Shown here one piece after another: positions 25,424-38,309 of a stretch of 64,000 nucleotides of DNA. Source of the stretch: Chiloscyllium plagiosum (lineage: Eukaryota); NCBI RefSeq assembly GCF_004010195.1, contig NC_057755.1, positions 536,399-600,398 of the forward strand, read 5' to 3'. The notes beneath the pieces are model-generated. The model ran no database searches, was not told the origin of the DNA, and saw only the letters and a program-made list of their open reading frames with translations. The position numbers and the translations under genes were made by a program. Positions within the stretch are counted from its first letter, which is position 1. Each line of letters begins with the position of its first letter.

Positions 25424-26148
25424 TTTTACGATATTGGGTAAACCCCTCTGTTAACTTAAACCAGCAGCACAGGAAAGATTCACCCCGTCTCTAATCTGTT
25501 AAAATTCGAGAGACAAAGAACTATCCCAAAAGTCACTAATTAAAGTAAATCAACAACTTTATCTTTTAGTCTAACAGTGAATATTAGCTAATAACTATAT
25601 ACACCTCCTTTCGCTTCAAACTATATTTTAATAGCTCCTTTATAATACAAATCCGACAAAAAAATCCCGATTACGATTTACAAAAAAAAACACGCTTCAA
25701 AGCCAATCAGCTTTGTCGAGTTTCCTCTGTAGATCTCTCTGTCTTCTTTTCTACTTCGCACTGATTCTGCTTCCCAGGTCTTTTATCGATAAAGGTGCCT
25801 TTCAGAGAGCTGTTCTGCTGGAAGCCTGTAATAGTTGATTGACTGCTGCTTTTTGCTACTCTGGCTAATTTAAAAATAGCTGATATTTATATCCGAAAAC
25901 ATTGGGTTGTTTCAGTGCTTTTAATATTATCAAAATACTAAATTGAAACTTGCTGCAATTTGGTATGTTAGGGCATGATTTAAGCTGATTAGCGGAATTT
26001 GAATTTGTTTTTGTTTCATAGCAACCCATCTCCTGCTAGTTGTTCAACTAATTCTTACATTTAAAGTTTCCAGTACTCTGTGTGGTTGTGAAGTCCTGGC
26101 CAGCGTTTCAGCTCCCTTGAAAGTACAGTACACCCAAAACTTCACACA
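25424..26148 (-). mobile_element. Solo LTR of the Gmr1-type family
   Basis: Reverse-complement similarity to the LTR at 9485-10229 at both ends and internally. Confidence 0.7.
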
Positions 26149-26617
26149 CGCAGACAGAAATCCAATCATAATGGAAGTTATAGAATACACTTATGCATAC
26201 AATGAGAAGGCATGTACATCCGCACACAGGGTAATACAGTCATCTTTCGACAGAGGAACACATCTATTCATAGACACCGAAACATGCAAACATCCTAACG
26301 TATGGAAATGAAGTTATACTTCGAGACATTATGCAACAATGTACAAGGACTTATCGAAATATTGCAATACATTCACATGACCACACTCAAATACAGTTAC
26401 ACTCAATTAAATAAAGTCATAGAGCAACAATTATAACCAAATCCAGAGGCAAAGAGATATCCTTCTGGGGGCACGGAAGGATCTGAACACAAGTACAGAC
26501 AAGCACAGTCTGAGCAATAGACACATCTACTTGAACAGAAACACAGCCAGGCACGCTGACTCCCAGAAAGACTCAGAGACAGTTAAACATAGAGTCAAAG
26601 AACCATCATGAGATGCT

Positions 26618-26628
26618 GCACACACACA

Positions 26629-26667
<39 letters not shown>
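26618..26667. repeat. (CA)n microsatellite within CA-rich low-complexity DNA
   Basis: Read directly from the sequence. Confidence 0.95.
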
Positions 26668-26670
<3 letters not shown>

Positions 26671-27089
26671 TTAGGAAGGTTACCACACACAGTGACGCAC
26701 ACACAAGTGCACAAAGAACATTTACACAGTCAGAAACCCATCAGATGTACATGTGCAAAACATAGACGATATATTGCACTCGCAGTCACAGTATAACACA
26801 GACTCAATAACATACTCAAACTGCACAAACTCAAACTCAATAACACACACATAGAGATCAAAACACACACAGATGCAGAAACACACTCAAAAAGAATGGC
26901 ACAGGGAAACATCCAAAGGGGAAAAAAGGAGGGACACTTACATAGAGTGACATTACCACAAAGACAAGGAAACTACTCACGCCGAGACCCTCACACAACA
27001 AAAGGGGGAAAAAAGCACAGATAATCTCCCACACTGACAACAGAGGAGAGAGCGGGGGAATGGGATGGGTGAGACAGAGAGAAAGAGGT

Positions 27090-27090
27090 G

Positions 27091-27122
<32 letters not shown>

Positions 27123-27178
27123 TAGAGAGAAAGAGGGATAGAATCAGAGTGCCGCAGATGAATGCACACAAATTTTAG

Positions 27179-27236
<58 letters not shown>

Positions 27237-27293
27237 TAGAGAGAAAGAGGGATAGAATCAGAGTGCCGCAGATGAATGCACACAGAATTTTAG
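27090..27293. repeat. (GATA)n microsatellite in two tandem copies with a shared ~55-bp flank
   Basis: GATATAGAGAGAAAGAGGGATAGAATCAGAGTGCCGCAGATGAATGCACACA occurs twice. Confidence 0.95.
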
Positions 27294-27459
27294 AGAACTC
27301 TAATTAATATTTTATCAACGTATTGCTGGTTGTGTCCGTGCGTGTTGTGTTTTCCAAAATCGCTTCCTGCGGTAAAATCAGTGACTGAAGGGATAAGTAG
27401 GGGTTTTGAGCCACTGTATGTGAACATGTGGTAAATTGAGTCAAGTGTCTGAGTCAGTC

Positions 27460-27805
27460 AATGAGAGAAAGAGACAAAGGGAGAGACAGAGAAAGACAAT
27501 GGGAGAGAGGATACAGAGAGAAAGGGAGAAAGAATTAGACAGAGAGACAAAGAGTGAGAGAGACAGAGAGAGTGAGAGCGATAGAGAGAAACTGAGAGAA
27601 ACTGAGACAGAAATACAGAGAGAGCGAAAAGAGAGAAAGGTGAAGCGAGATAGAAAGACGGTCAGAGTGACAGAAGAAGAGACTGATTGCGAGAAACTGA
27701 TCGATAGTGAGAGAGACAGTTAGAGAGAGTGAAAGAGAGGGTGAGACAGAGATAGAGAGAAGGAGAAGAGTGAGACAATGGTAGACAGAAAGAGACAGAG
27801 TGAAG
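27460..27805. repeat. GA-rich low-complexity tract
   Basis: Read directly; paralogous tract at 41120-41360. Confidence 0.9.
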
Positions 27806-28629
27806 GGGAAATAATATCCCAGTGTTGAGAGTGGATTGGAGCTGGGCTGAAGAAACTCTTTCAAAAATGAACAGAACAGCAGAAAATAATTTCAAATTTA
27901 GTTGGAGGAATGACCAGCACAAGGAGCCTGTCTCTTGTTGTAATAAAGTGTTTATTCTGAGTTAAACAGAGAGAGTCTGATTATCATCATGGTGTAGTTG
28001 GGACATCCTCCCCTGCAGGGGAATGCAGAGACCCATCCTGCTGGTCTTTAACACTCAACCACAGAGAAGTCCGTGAAAACCCAATGTTCCAGCTGAACCC
28101 ATCACTCACAGCCAGTCCGGTCATTTCCAATCACTTTTGCAGCCTCTTTCCACCCTACCCTGCGCCTGACAGTCACCTCTTGCCTCTTTATTTGATGTCC
28201 CTTCGTCATGTCCTTCAATAATATCAATGCAGAAATTGATAGATTATTGTTAATCTTCGGAGCGGGAGGAGTGGGATCGTCCTCGGGGCAGATGTGAAAG
28301 CGGATTTGACGTTAGAATTAGATGAGATGCGATGTTCTGGAATGGCAGGAGGATCAGAATCGAAGGCGGAATGGCCTAATGCTTGCTGATCATTGTCTGT
28401 GTGTCACAGTATGTGACAGTGTGTAAGGCAGCAGCTTGTTCCTGAGCATAGTGAAAGGTGACCCGTCCTGTTACGCACCCCTTCCCCATTCACTGCTGGG
28501 TGTTATTGTCAGATCCATGTAGCTGTGCTGATGGAGTCCTGGCTGTACATATACAATTCCTGCACAGGGAACACTGTGGCTGCCTCTGGACCTCTCTCAG
28601 TTGTTTTTCTGAATCATTAAGTGAAGAAT

Positions 28630-29486
28630 TTATATGACCAGTTGGTGCACTGCGTTCCTGAACTTCGCTCTGAACTTGGACAGAGTCACTGCATAAAATA
28701 ATGTGTTTGTGCTGCAGCTGAAATCCTTGATGAGGTATCCGATTGGCGCAAAAACAGTTAAAGTTGTTCCATTAATGAAGTTATATAAGAAACTTGTTAC
28801 GTACACTACCCACAGAAGTATGAAGCTGGTGGATATGGTGAAGAGGGTAATCATTGACTTCCTCCGGCTCTCCATCTCTGCATCTTTGTGACATTCTCCC
28901 GTACTTGGACCCTTGAGTGCCTTCCGGACTCGACTAACCACGACGATTTGCCTGACCGTCAAAGTGTTCATCAACAGAATTAACACCAGTGGAATGAAAG
29001 GTGTTAAAACGTTGTCAAACCAGTTAAATCCCAGCCACCTGGGATCAGTAAAAAAACTTGACTTTACTCGGCAGCCCCACGGAACATTGTCAACTATCCA
29101 CCCAGGTTGAAACAAAAAATAGAAGGGAATGTTTTTTGAACAGAGCAGAATGCCAATTGTAGCAAAAGACACAGACAAGGTTTTGTCTGTCCAATATTTT
29201 CTCTTCAGTTTCTGACAGCAAATGACAACAAAACGATCAAAGGAGAAAAGGACAGTGAACCAGACAGAACAGTCTGTGGTTATATGAATCAGAACAAAGA
29301 TAGAACTACACACAGGGGTGAGGTCCAGGAAACTCCTTGGGAAATAAAACTTATTGAGTTGCCACAGTATGACGTTCACGAGAATGAACAGTAAATCTGC
29401 CGTTGCCATGGCCACTAGGCATCGCTTTGTGCAGTTTGAGAGGCCACACTTTCCACGTGCGAGAACCAAAATCACCAGGAAGTTAA
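28630..29486 (-). CDS. GPR139/GPR142-like class A GPCR, coding exon 2 (end of TM1 to C-terminus)
   Basis: Open frame after the acceptor TCTTTCAG; motifs LVAMATADLL, PVC, DCSVWFTVLFSFDRF, ECL2 Cys, TPFIP, EMESRRKS, STNTLFY..SKFR; TAA at 28632-28630. Confidence 0.92.
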
Positions 29487-30981
29487 CTGAAAGAGACGGG
29501 GGTAAAATGCAAATCGGGGATTATTGATAAAACTTTCTCCACGTCTATCCAGAAAGCAATGGATGGTATTAGCACCTAAATGCATTAGGTGGGAATTGTC
29601 TGTGGTCAAATATAAAAATATCAGCTCTGAGCCTGACTCATTTCAAAAATGTTTACTTCTAAGTTTACTTGGGGAATTCAGGGGCGGTGTAGTGAATTGG
29701 CGAATGACACGGGCGCATACATTTGCGGTGACTAGCTTAAGTTTTGGAGGGTATTTGAGGTTAAGGCTTACACTGGAGAACAGTGAAATGCACTGCTTTG
29801 GAGGGCAGTTAAAGGAGAACGCGTAAAAATATGATTAAGTCCTTAGGTGAGCATTCAGGATAACTGGTCAGGACATCTTTTCCTGAAAAAGGATCGCTGG
29901 GTTCAAAATGTTAAGAATGCTTTCTTCTCGCACATGCAAACAGACTAGCCAACTTTCATCAGCAGTTTTAGTTTTTCTTTGAATTGAATCATTAAGGCCG
30001 TAAGTCTTTATCTTACTCTGCTTTTTCAGTTCAGCTCTGACTTTCCAGGGTTTAAGAATTTGGAGAACGTGAGGTCCATTCAGCCTTTCGAACCTGCACT
30101 GCTATTTGACATTTTGGTTGCAGATTCCCATTTAAATGAAAATAATGTCTAGAGTGTCAAACACGCATTGCTGCACTTAGGTAGGAAGGGTGATTTTCAA
30201 AAAATTCCTTTGAAAACAAGCGTCCAAATGCGATCAATGTGTTTGGAAGCTCAGAGGGAAAGATTCACAAAAATGCAAAATAGCCTTTAGAGGGCTATAA
30301 AACAATGCCAGAGCCAATTTAGGGTGGGCGTTCGTTTCCAGAAGGGAATTCGAATGCAAAGTGTTAATATTCATCTACAATGGAACCTTTGATGGAGCAT
30401 GCTTCATTTACCAGGTCGGGTTCTGGCAAACATATCACAACAACATGAGTTGATGCATTGGACATACGATGGAGAATGATAACTGAACTGGTAAAAATCT
30501 GTTTCATCATTGAGGGCAAATGCCACTATCTAAACTCTCTCTGTTAACATAATGATTATCTTCAGAGACACAGAGAAGCACACCGGTTAATTACTCAAAA
30601 ACAAAAACGAAATTCACCCTAAATGCTTTAGCACTTACTGCATACGATTTCCACAGTTTACATCACACAATCCAAAGTGACTATTCTACTTAATTATATT
30701 GTAATTCTACTTAATTCTACTTAATATGAAGCATCTGATTAAAATGAAGATTTACTGTAGGTTCCAGGAAGAGATTAATTATCCAGCGGGAAATTCATTT
30801 GTCAAGCAATTCCTGCTGAGTCTGCAATGCTGGGAGCCTGCGGTCTGAATCGAAATCAACTATTGTCTGCCCCTGTGTGACGGTGTTCACAACATGTCCA
30901 TGTATCATTGTGAACGGGAGAGTGAAACCGCAGAGTATCCTCATGCAGATTTACACGAAGTCAACGATGCACAGCACTCAC

Positions 30982-31048
30982 CAGGAACTGCTACAATTGG
31001 AAGGATCACGTAACATATTTTCCGTGCCTGATAAACTGTTTGATACAT
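30982..31048 (-). CDS. GPR139-like GPCR coding exon 1 (MYQTVYQARKICYVILPIVAVP)
   Basis: ATG at 31048; 67 nt ending CCT G|GTGAGT; the phase-1 join gives VAVP-V-NFLVIL, completing TM1; total 307 aa. Confidence 0.85.
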
Positions 31049-31759
31049 TGTTTGCGCGAATCCCTGTGTGCAGGCAATCTGTCTGTACTAAAAGCTGTGG
31101 AAAAATATTCCCAAAGCCTTTCATTTATGCCTGATGGTATCACCTGGGGAACAGACACGTTACTACACCCATCAATTGTATTATTTAAGAATTTGAGTAA
31201 ACAAGTGATGACAGTGAATTAACCCTAAGTTGTGACAGAAGATAACTGAGGGTTAATGAATGATGCAAATCTCAATCGGTCAATCTCAAATATTGGAAAT
31301 TGCAAATATGATACACAAAACCGAGCCGTTCCACTCTGAAATATCCTTTGATTTCAATGTCGTCCTTCCCTTCAATTGGACAATTTCGTAATGATATTCC
31401 GGTTGTTAAGTGTCTCTCTGAGAACTGTTCTCCTCAGCCCTGGGATGTGGCTGCCCTGTTAAACAGCGGCTGTTCCATAAAGAGATGACAGTTGTGAATG
31501 GAGATGATGTGTTCGAGGTGTCAACAAGTCCAACATCGCAATGCACAGCAGTGTATCAATCCAGTATAACTTCATAAATTAAAACAAAATTTTAAACAAG
31601 TCAAATAATTCTTGGGATTTGTTCCTCTAAGGTCACATAAGCTTCAAACGATAAAGATTCTCCTGCAAGTTTAAACTGTTCTGGAGATTTTTCAGATGTG
31701 ACCCTGAGAAACACACAAGCTGCACTGCAGTCGAGGGATATTAATATTTCTCAGTCCAG

Positions 31760-31846
31760 AATGTGATGCTGGAAAAGCACAGCAGGTCAGGCAACATCCG
31801 AGGAGCAGGAAAGTCGACGTTTCGGCAAAAACCCTTTATCAGGAAT
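31760..31846 (-). mobile_element. Second copy of the short hammerhead-bearing element
   Basis: Minus strand CTGATAA-AGGGTTTTTGCC-GAAACGTC followed by the same body as 23805-23928. Confidence 0.7.
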
Positions 31847-33289
31847 ATATTTCAGTTCCCCGGTGTATTGGCAATATTCAGTGAAGAAACATAAAACAGC
31901 TGAACAATGAAGTGATGGAGTTGTTCGAAGAGAAATGGAGAGGTGGGGGCAGGGAGGGATTTGCAGTGACAAAGATGTAGAAAGTGTAAAAAATCAGCAA
32001 TGTTTAAGCTGGTGTCAAATTTGTCGGTGAGCTCCAGTAGTGTTGGGAACACGGGATTTTGCGTCAGGGCTGATAAAGGACAGAAAACAGACAATGCGAA
32101 TACACATGTCTTTTTCAAGATTGTCAGGCCCAAGTTATTGGATGCCACAAGGAACATTAATCAAGACAAAGCTATTTATAATCTGAATCAATGACTTAAA
32201 TGATTTTTTTGGAACACACTGTTAGGTGCGACAGGAAAATACAAGGAGGACACAGTAAACCTGAAAAGAGAAAGTGCAGGTTCAGTGAGTGAGTGAGAGA
32301 GATATAGTCTGCGCAACGTAAGCTAGAGAAATGTCAAATAATGTTCTTTCATTTCAATCTTGAAAGCATTTCAGACCACTCTTAGATTTATAAATGATGA
32401 TCCTAGTCCTCGATCAAAGAGCAACAATATGCCTTTCTGTGCAGTCAGACCATCAATTTCAAATTTTTTCTTGAAAACTGTACTCCTCTCAGATCTTTCT
32501 GAGATTTCGGAATACAACCCTGAGTTTGTGTGATTTCATCATTGAAGCGCTGTTATCCAGCTTTCATTCTCGTGAATCTTTGATGCACTTAAATGGACAT
32601 GCACTCCCCAGCCTCCATCATTCTTGCCTTTCCCAGTTTAATGAAATCAATGTCGATGCTTTGTTCACACCAAGTTTCTTCAGTGGACAAACCTAAAACA
32701 GCTGACTGAAGGTCTCCTCCAGGATCATCACTCCTGATTTGACACATTCCAGAATCATACGTTGACTCAGTAGTGCACCTGTTCAAAATGTTCAAAGGGC
32801 AGTTACAGGACATTTTGCGGGACGGTTGGGGTGGAATGGGAATGGGAGTAAGGGCAGGAGCGGGAGTTGTGCAAAGTGAAGATCCAGAGATCCGACCCCA
32901 CATTGGCATCAACAATGTTTGTTCAGGAAGTAACTCTGCAGAGGCCAGAAATTCATGAGCAATCATCCTTTATTTACAACTGCAAAGCCTTTAACAATAG
33001 CCTCTCAATGAGTCAGGCATTCAGCATCACAATTTCCCTTACATTCACCCTGCTGAGTTAACCAGGTCTCCCTGATTGGATCAGATTAGCAGCCCCAATC
33101 AGGGAACTCATATCCTGAGGTCCAGCTGATTGACCTGATGACAATCACTGCAGGTGGAAACAGTGATGAGTTCTTGAAAGTAGAATAGACGTAGTTGGCT
33201 TAAGAATTTGAGAAGCTCTTTAGGCCGATGAACGTGCAAATGGAAACACTTGGTAGCAGGAGGAAGGGCCTGGGAAGTCTCAAAGAACA

Positions 33290-33660
33290 AAAAACAAATA
33301 CAATGTACAGCCCAGGAACAGAACCTTCGGTCCTCCAAGCCTGAAGCGATCCAAACTCACTGTCTTAACCTATTGCCCAATTCCTAAGTTTCTGCATCCC
33401 TCTGCTCCCCACCTATTCATGCATCTGCCCAGACGTACCTGAAATGAATCTACTATGCCTGACTCTACTCCCTCCGCTCGCTATGCGTTCCAGGACCTAC
33501 CACCCTTTGCATAAAGTACTTGCCGCGTGTATCCCCCTTAAAGTTTTCACCTCTCACCTTGAACGTATGACCTCTCGTTATTGAATCCCTCACCATGGGA
33601 AAAGTTTATCTCTACCTACTCCGTCTATACCAGTCATGATTTTGTAAACCTCAATCAGTC
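33290..33660 (-). mobile_element. CR1 3' end fragment
   Basis: Similar to 3430-3780. Confidence 0.75.
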
Positions 33661-34711
33661 TCGACTTATTCCGTAGTGTCTGGTGCTGGTGCGATTTGAA
33701 AACATTAAAAAGGTGGGTTTCATTATAACGGGTTGGAAATTACTCGCCATGTCCGGAAACAAGGTACTGCTGTTGCGGAATATTTAATCCAATCTTTCAA
33801 CGGTCTGGGAATCTGTGACCAAACTCAGTTTGGAGGAAAATGAAGCTGGCCACGTGAAATTGAAAGTCATTCAGTGAAAGTGAAAAGTAGCAGAAACAGG
33901 TTCTGGATCCACATTGATGCTATGGTTCAGAATCAGAGTCTTCAGGAGCAAACACCTCCCTCACATACTTCACAGATTCAGGGGCAAGGTTCATTCTGGA
34001 CCGTTCCTTTGTGATGTTCGGGTGATGCTCAATAACATGTCCATTAAGTGACACCGTTACTGTAAAAACTTCAACCATTTTTTGTGCTGATGCGTGAGAC
34101 ATTTCAGTGGAATTAGATTGGAAGGACCCATCAATATTTTGAACTGTCTCCAAACACCAAAATTCTTAAAGCCACATTCACAAGTAGAAGGATAATGTAT
34201 TACATCTCGCCATATTGACTTGACGCAAGAGCACAAAACGTTTGTGTGCAGCATTTTCTGACACTTTCTTCAAAACCATGAACACACTTCTACCATAGAA
34301 AGCCATCGCACTGATCATGCTTTCACCAGAAACGTGGTGCATGAATCTGCAATAAAGACACACAAAAGTGGAAACTTTAATCCGGGCAGTTGCACACTTG
34401 TTGCCACATCTCAGGCCTCGATCTCAAATTGAAACTTAACAATTGTTTCCTTACTGATCAGAATGACATGCATTCTCCTGCCAAAATTCATGCTGATCCG
34501 ATGGGAGAAATACAACCTTACAAACAGAATAATTCATGGAGTTAATTTCCTCACTGATTTCCAATGGTTCTGCTTCCTGGTTTCCATCACATTCTTCTCT
34601 CCCCTTCTCGATCCCTTGCTTCCTCCTTCAATCTTCCTTCATTCACAATCTCTCCTTCCAATCCTTGCAGCCTCCCTCTCTTCTCTCTCTATTATCCCTT
34701 TTCTGCCTCTT

Positions 34712-35211
34712 NNNNNNNNNNNNNNNNNNNNNNNNNNNNNNNNNNNNNNNNNNNNNNNNNNNNNNNNNNNNNNNNNNNNNNNNNNNNNNNNNNNNNNNNN
34801 NNNNNNNNNNNNNNNNNNNNNNNNNNNNNNNNNNNNNNNNNNNNNNNNNNNNNNNNNNNNNNNNNNNNNNNNNNNNNNNNNNNNNNNNNNNNNNNNNNNN
34901 NNNNNNNNNNNNNNNNNNNNNNNNNNNNNNNNNNNNNNNNNNNNNNNNNNNNNNNNNNNNNNNNNNNNNNNNNNNNNNNNNNNNNNNNNNNNNNNNNNNN
35001 NNNNNNNNNNNNNNNNNNNNNNNNNNNNNNNNNNNNNNNNNNNNNNNNNNNNNNNNNNNNNNNNNNNNNNNNNNNNNNNNNNNNNNNNNNNNNNNNNNNN
35101 NNNNNNNNNNNNNNNNNNNNNNNNNNNNNNNNNNNNNNNNNNNNNNNNNNNNNNNNNNNNNNNNNNNNNNNNNNNNNNNNNNNNNNNNNNNNNNNNNNNN
35201 NNNNNNNNNNN
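34712..35211. other. Assembly gap (500 N)
   Basis: Run of N. Confidence 1.
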
Positions 35212-35995
35212 TGCTAGTTTTATGTTTGAATGAATAATTAAAGCCTCCGCACTCACACACCGTTGTTTCTTTCACTTGTTTTCCCAATTGCATTCCATCT
35301 TGTAGTGTTCACTTTTCTGCCAAAATATTTCGGCAGCCATTCCTTAATAATTCCTCCTCGTTATTTGTTGCCTTCATATCTCCTGAGACAAGAACAGATT
35401 TTAATGGTGATTCCTCTTATTCTGTTTTAATCATTGTTTTGCTCTAGCATTCCTGAATCACATTTATCTGTCTTTATCTATGTCCCTAGCTTGTTCTTTT
35501 CTATTTTATCTTTTCACGTTTCCTTTATATTTAGACTGATTTAATTTCCTGTTCTGCCTGTATTTACTCGTTTTACACTTTTTCTGCCTCCCTTTTTCCT
35601 CTTTCCAAAAGCACAGATGCCTTATCATGTTTCGGCTGGAGTCTGTCCCCTCAGTGTAGCTCCTTTCTGTCCCACGACTGATGCCAGCGTGTTTTGAAAT
35701 GACATTATTTTATCCCACATTAGCGCTTTAGCCACGTGTTAATTATTCTATCGAACTGCCTCAAAGCTAATTTGCTGTCAGGGAGTTCCTGAGAGATTAT
35801 CAATTGCGAGGTCTCTCTTTAATTTAGCTTTTGACTGATATTTCTGCAGATGTCACCCCCCCCCCCCCCCCCCCCCGCCACCACCTTCACCCTGACATGA
35901 TCTGCCATCATTGGATTATCCCACTTCCTTTCAATTTCCTCCCCAGCTGCCATGGGACCTTCCTTAGCCTGACACCTTGTAAGCAGCATACCCTG

Positions 35996-36068
35996 AAAAT
36001 GTGTTCCTGGAAAAGCGCAGCAGGTCAGGCAGCATCCAAGGAGCAGGAGAATCGACGTTTCTGGCATG
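35996..36068 (-). mobile_element. Third (truncated) copy of the short hammerhead-bearing element
   Basis: GGAAAAGCGCAGCAGGTCAGGCAGCATCCAAGGAGCAGGAGAATCGACGTTTC. Confidence 0.7.
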
Positions 36069-36074
36069 AATTCA

Positions 36075-38290
36075 GAGACCACATGTTTGGACTGTGCCAG
36101 ATTATCGGAACGATTAAATAGAATGGGGGAGTTGTCTGGACAGCAGTTCAAAGTATCACAGCGTGCAATGAATCAGGAAGCATAACAGCAATCAAAAAAT
36201 AACAATTTTGCTGTTGAGATAAGGTGTTAGTGTTACTTACAGCGATAGGTGATCATTTAAAGCAAGGTTTAGTGGACCTGATCAAGTCAAGGATGTTAAG
36301 TGTGTTGAACTATTTGACAAAGACTTCAGAGTCTTTCACAGAGTGTAACATGTGAATATGATCAAAAGGTATTATTACAGGGCAGCAAAGCCAATCGAGA
36401 CTGTTATTGATTACAACATGGAGTGAAGAACCAAGTTCAGATGATTCTGAATTGTAAGTACCTCAAATTAAACTGAACAATGAGGAAGTTGTCAAAAAGT
36501 TTTGACAAAGTATTGAGTTACCTTCCAGAGAAAAATGAAAATGACCTAGAGGGATTATTTCTATCACATTGGGAGACATATGGAAATAAGACGGAAAGTA
36601 CTAACCAAATATGCACAACGGAGATAGAGTAAATGCTCTTCCGATTAAACAGCATCCTTATAAGCATAACTCTCAAAATTTGGCACAGGTTTAAAAAGAG
36701 ATTGAAGACGTGCTCCAAGACGGCATAATTAAAGTGAGTAAAAGTGACTGGAGCTCACTCATAGTAATGCTGCCAAAGCCAAATAGTACCCAGGATATGT
36801 GCAGATCATCACAAAGGCGGTGCAGTTTTCAAAGACTGATGCGTACCTGATTGCACATTTGGATGACTGTGTTGAAAAGGATAAACAAGCAAATTATATT
36901 TCGAAGTGGTAGTTGCTCAGAGGATACTGGCAGGAACCTTTGTCCAAAAGAGTGAAGACAATTTTGGCTTTTGTAATGTCCAATAGACTTTATCAATTTA
37001 AATTCATATCGTTTGGTATGGAAAATGTGCCAGCTACATTTCAGAGACGAAACAGTCAGGTCATTTATGTTATTAGCCATTGTATCGTATATGTAGGAGA
37101 CCTGTTTATTTTTGGTCACACATGGAAACAACATTTGCAACATTTATCAGAATTATTTGATCGACTTTGAGAGGCATGCTTGATGACTAAAAGCAATTTG
37201 CCAAAGCCGAAGTCACCGTCCTGTGTCATGTTATTGGACATGGACCAATGGTCCAACGGAATGCAAATACAAAGGTAATTGGGGAGTTTGCCAACCCATC
37301 GACAAAACGAGTAGAACTACTAGAGGCATTTGACAGCCTTAGAGTTGTGTTAACCACTGCCCCAGTATTAGCCACACCTATTTACACCTAATTAGGTGGC
37401 TATCAATGCGAGAGATCTGAATGTTCACGCTGTTTTCTTCCAGGAAGATGACGAGAAGATAGAAAGATCTATCAGGTATTTCAACAGGAAATTGAACATA
37501 CATCAGCAGAAATATTTGACAGTTGAGAAGGAGACTTTGAGCTTGGTGGTGGCTTTAAAACATTTCAAGTTTTATATTATCAGTAAGGTGTCCGAGTCAA
37601 TCATTTCCACTGATCATAACCCACTGAAGTTTGTAGAGACATTTGAGGACAAAACTTCCAGACTGTTTGGATGGAGCTAGTTATTACAGGCATTCAATGT
37701 GAAAATTGTACATGTGGCAGGACGGGAAAACGTGATTACCAATGCACTTGCGAGGCTTGAATGAGATACAGAGAGGTTCGATAACAGGAGTGAAACAGAA
37801 TGAAACAATCTTGTGGTGCATGTTTGCATAGTTACTGTAAATGTAATGCGTATAGGAGTTTTCATGTTCTAACAGTTTAAGATTGGATCTTTGGGAATTA
37901 ATGTATTTTTAAGGGGGTAGGTGTAATGATATTACTCCTTTAACAAGGTTGTGTTATTCTTAGTTTTCTTTTTTGAGTGATTATAAATGTACGGGCCCAG
38001 GTATCTAGTTTGAGTAGGTTGTCGGACCAATTTGATTATAGCTAACCTATGCTGCCTCAGCGAAAGGGCTTTCAAGTGTGTTGAAGAACGTGTATAAAAT
38101 GGAAGTGGATTGGCCAGTTCTCCGAGCTCAGCTTTTCTTTGGTTTGTTTTAGTTTGGTTTGGTGTTAGCAAGCAGTCAATTTTTTCGACTGTTGGTAAAA
38201 GGAGCAGTTACATGGAAGAAGTTGTCCCATGCTGAATTTCTCTCTGACATCTTTGCTGTGTTTGATTTTATCTGTTTTGCAGAGGGGTGT
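36075..38290 (+). mobile_element. Gmr1-type gypsy 3' half (IN C-terminus, RT, RNase H, PPT, partial 3' LTR)
   Basis: LRGYWQEPL, FGMENVPATFQR, RNase H LTVEKETLSLV..TDHNPL; pol ends after RNase H; PPT AAGGGGGTAGG then TGT at 37922. Confidence 0.85.
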
Positions 38291-38309
38291 TTCAAGAAGA
38301 AGAAGGCTT

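Noticed and set aside
26608..27922. ORFs such as YLSIYLSI and RERERE, also at 39945-41446
   Set aside because: Translations of microsatellite and low-complexity DNA.
28630..31048. Naming the gene GPR139
   Set aside because: Similarity is family-level only; multiple diverged local paralogs argue against one-to-one orthology.
33070..33104. 10-bp inverted repeat CCCTGATTGG/CCAATCAGGG
   Set aside because: Paired CCAAT boxes in a probable LTR fragment; no evidence of independent function.
34463..35293. Long ORFs in several frames
   Set aside because: Artefacts of the N gap; the same applies at 49544-49913 and 51928-52407.
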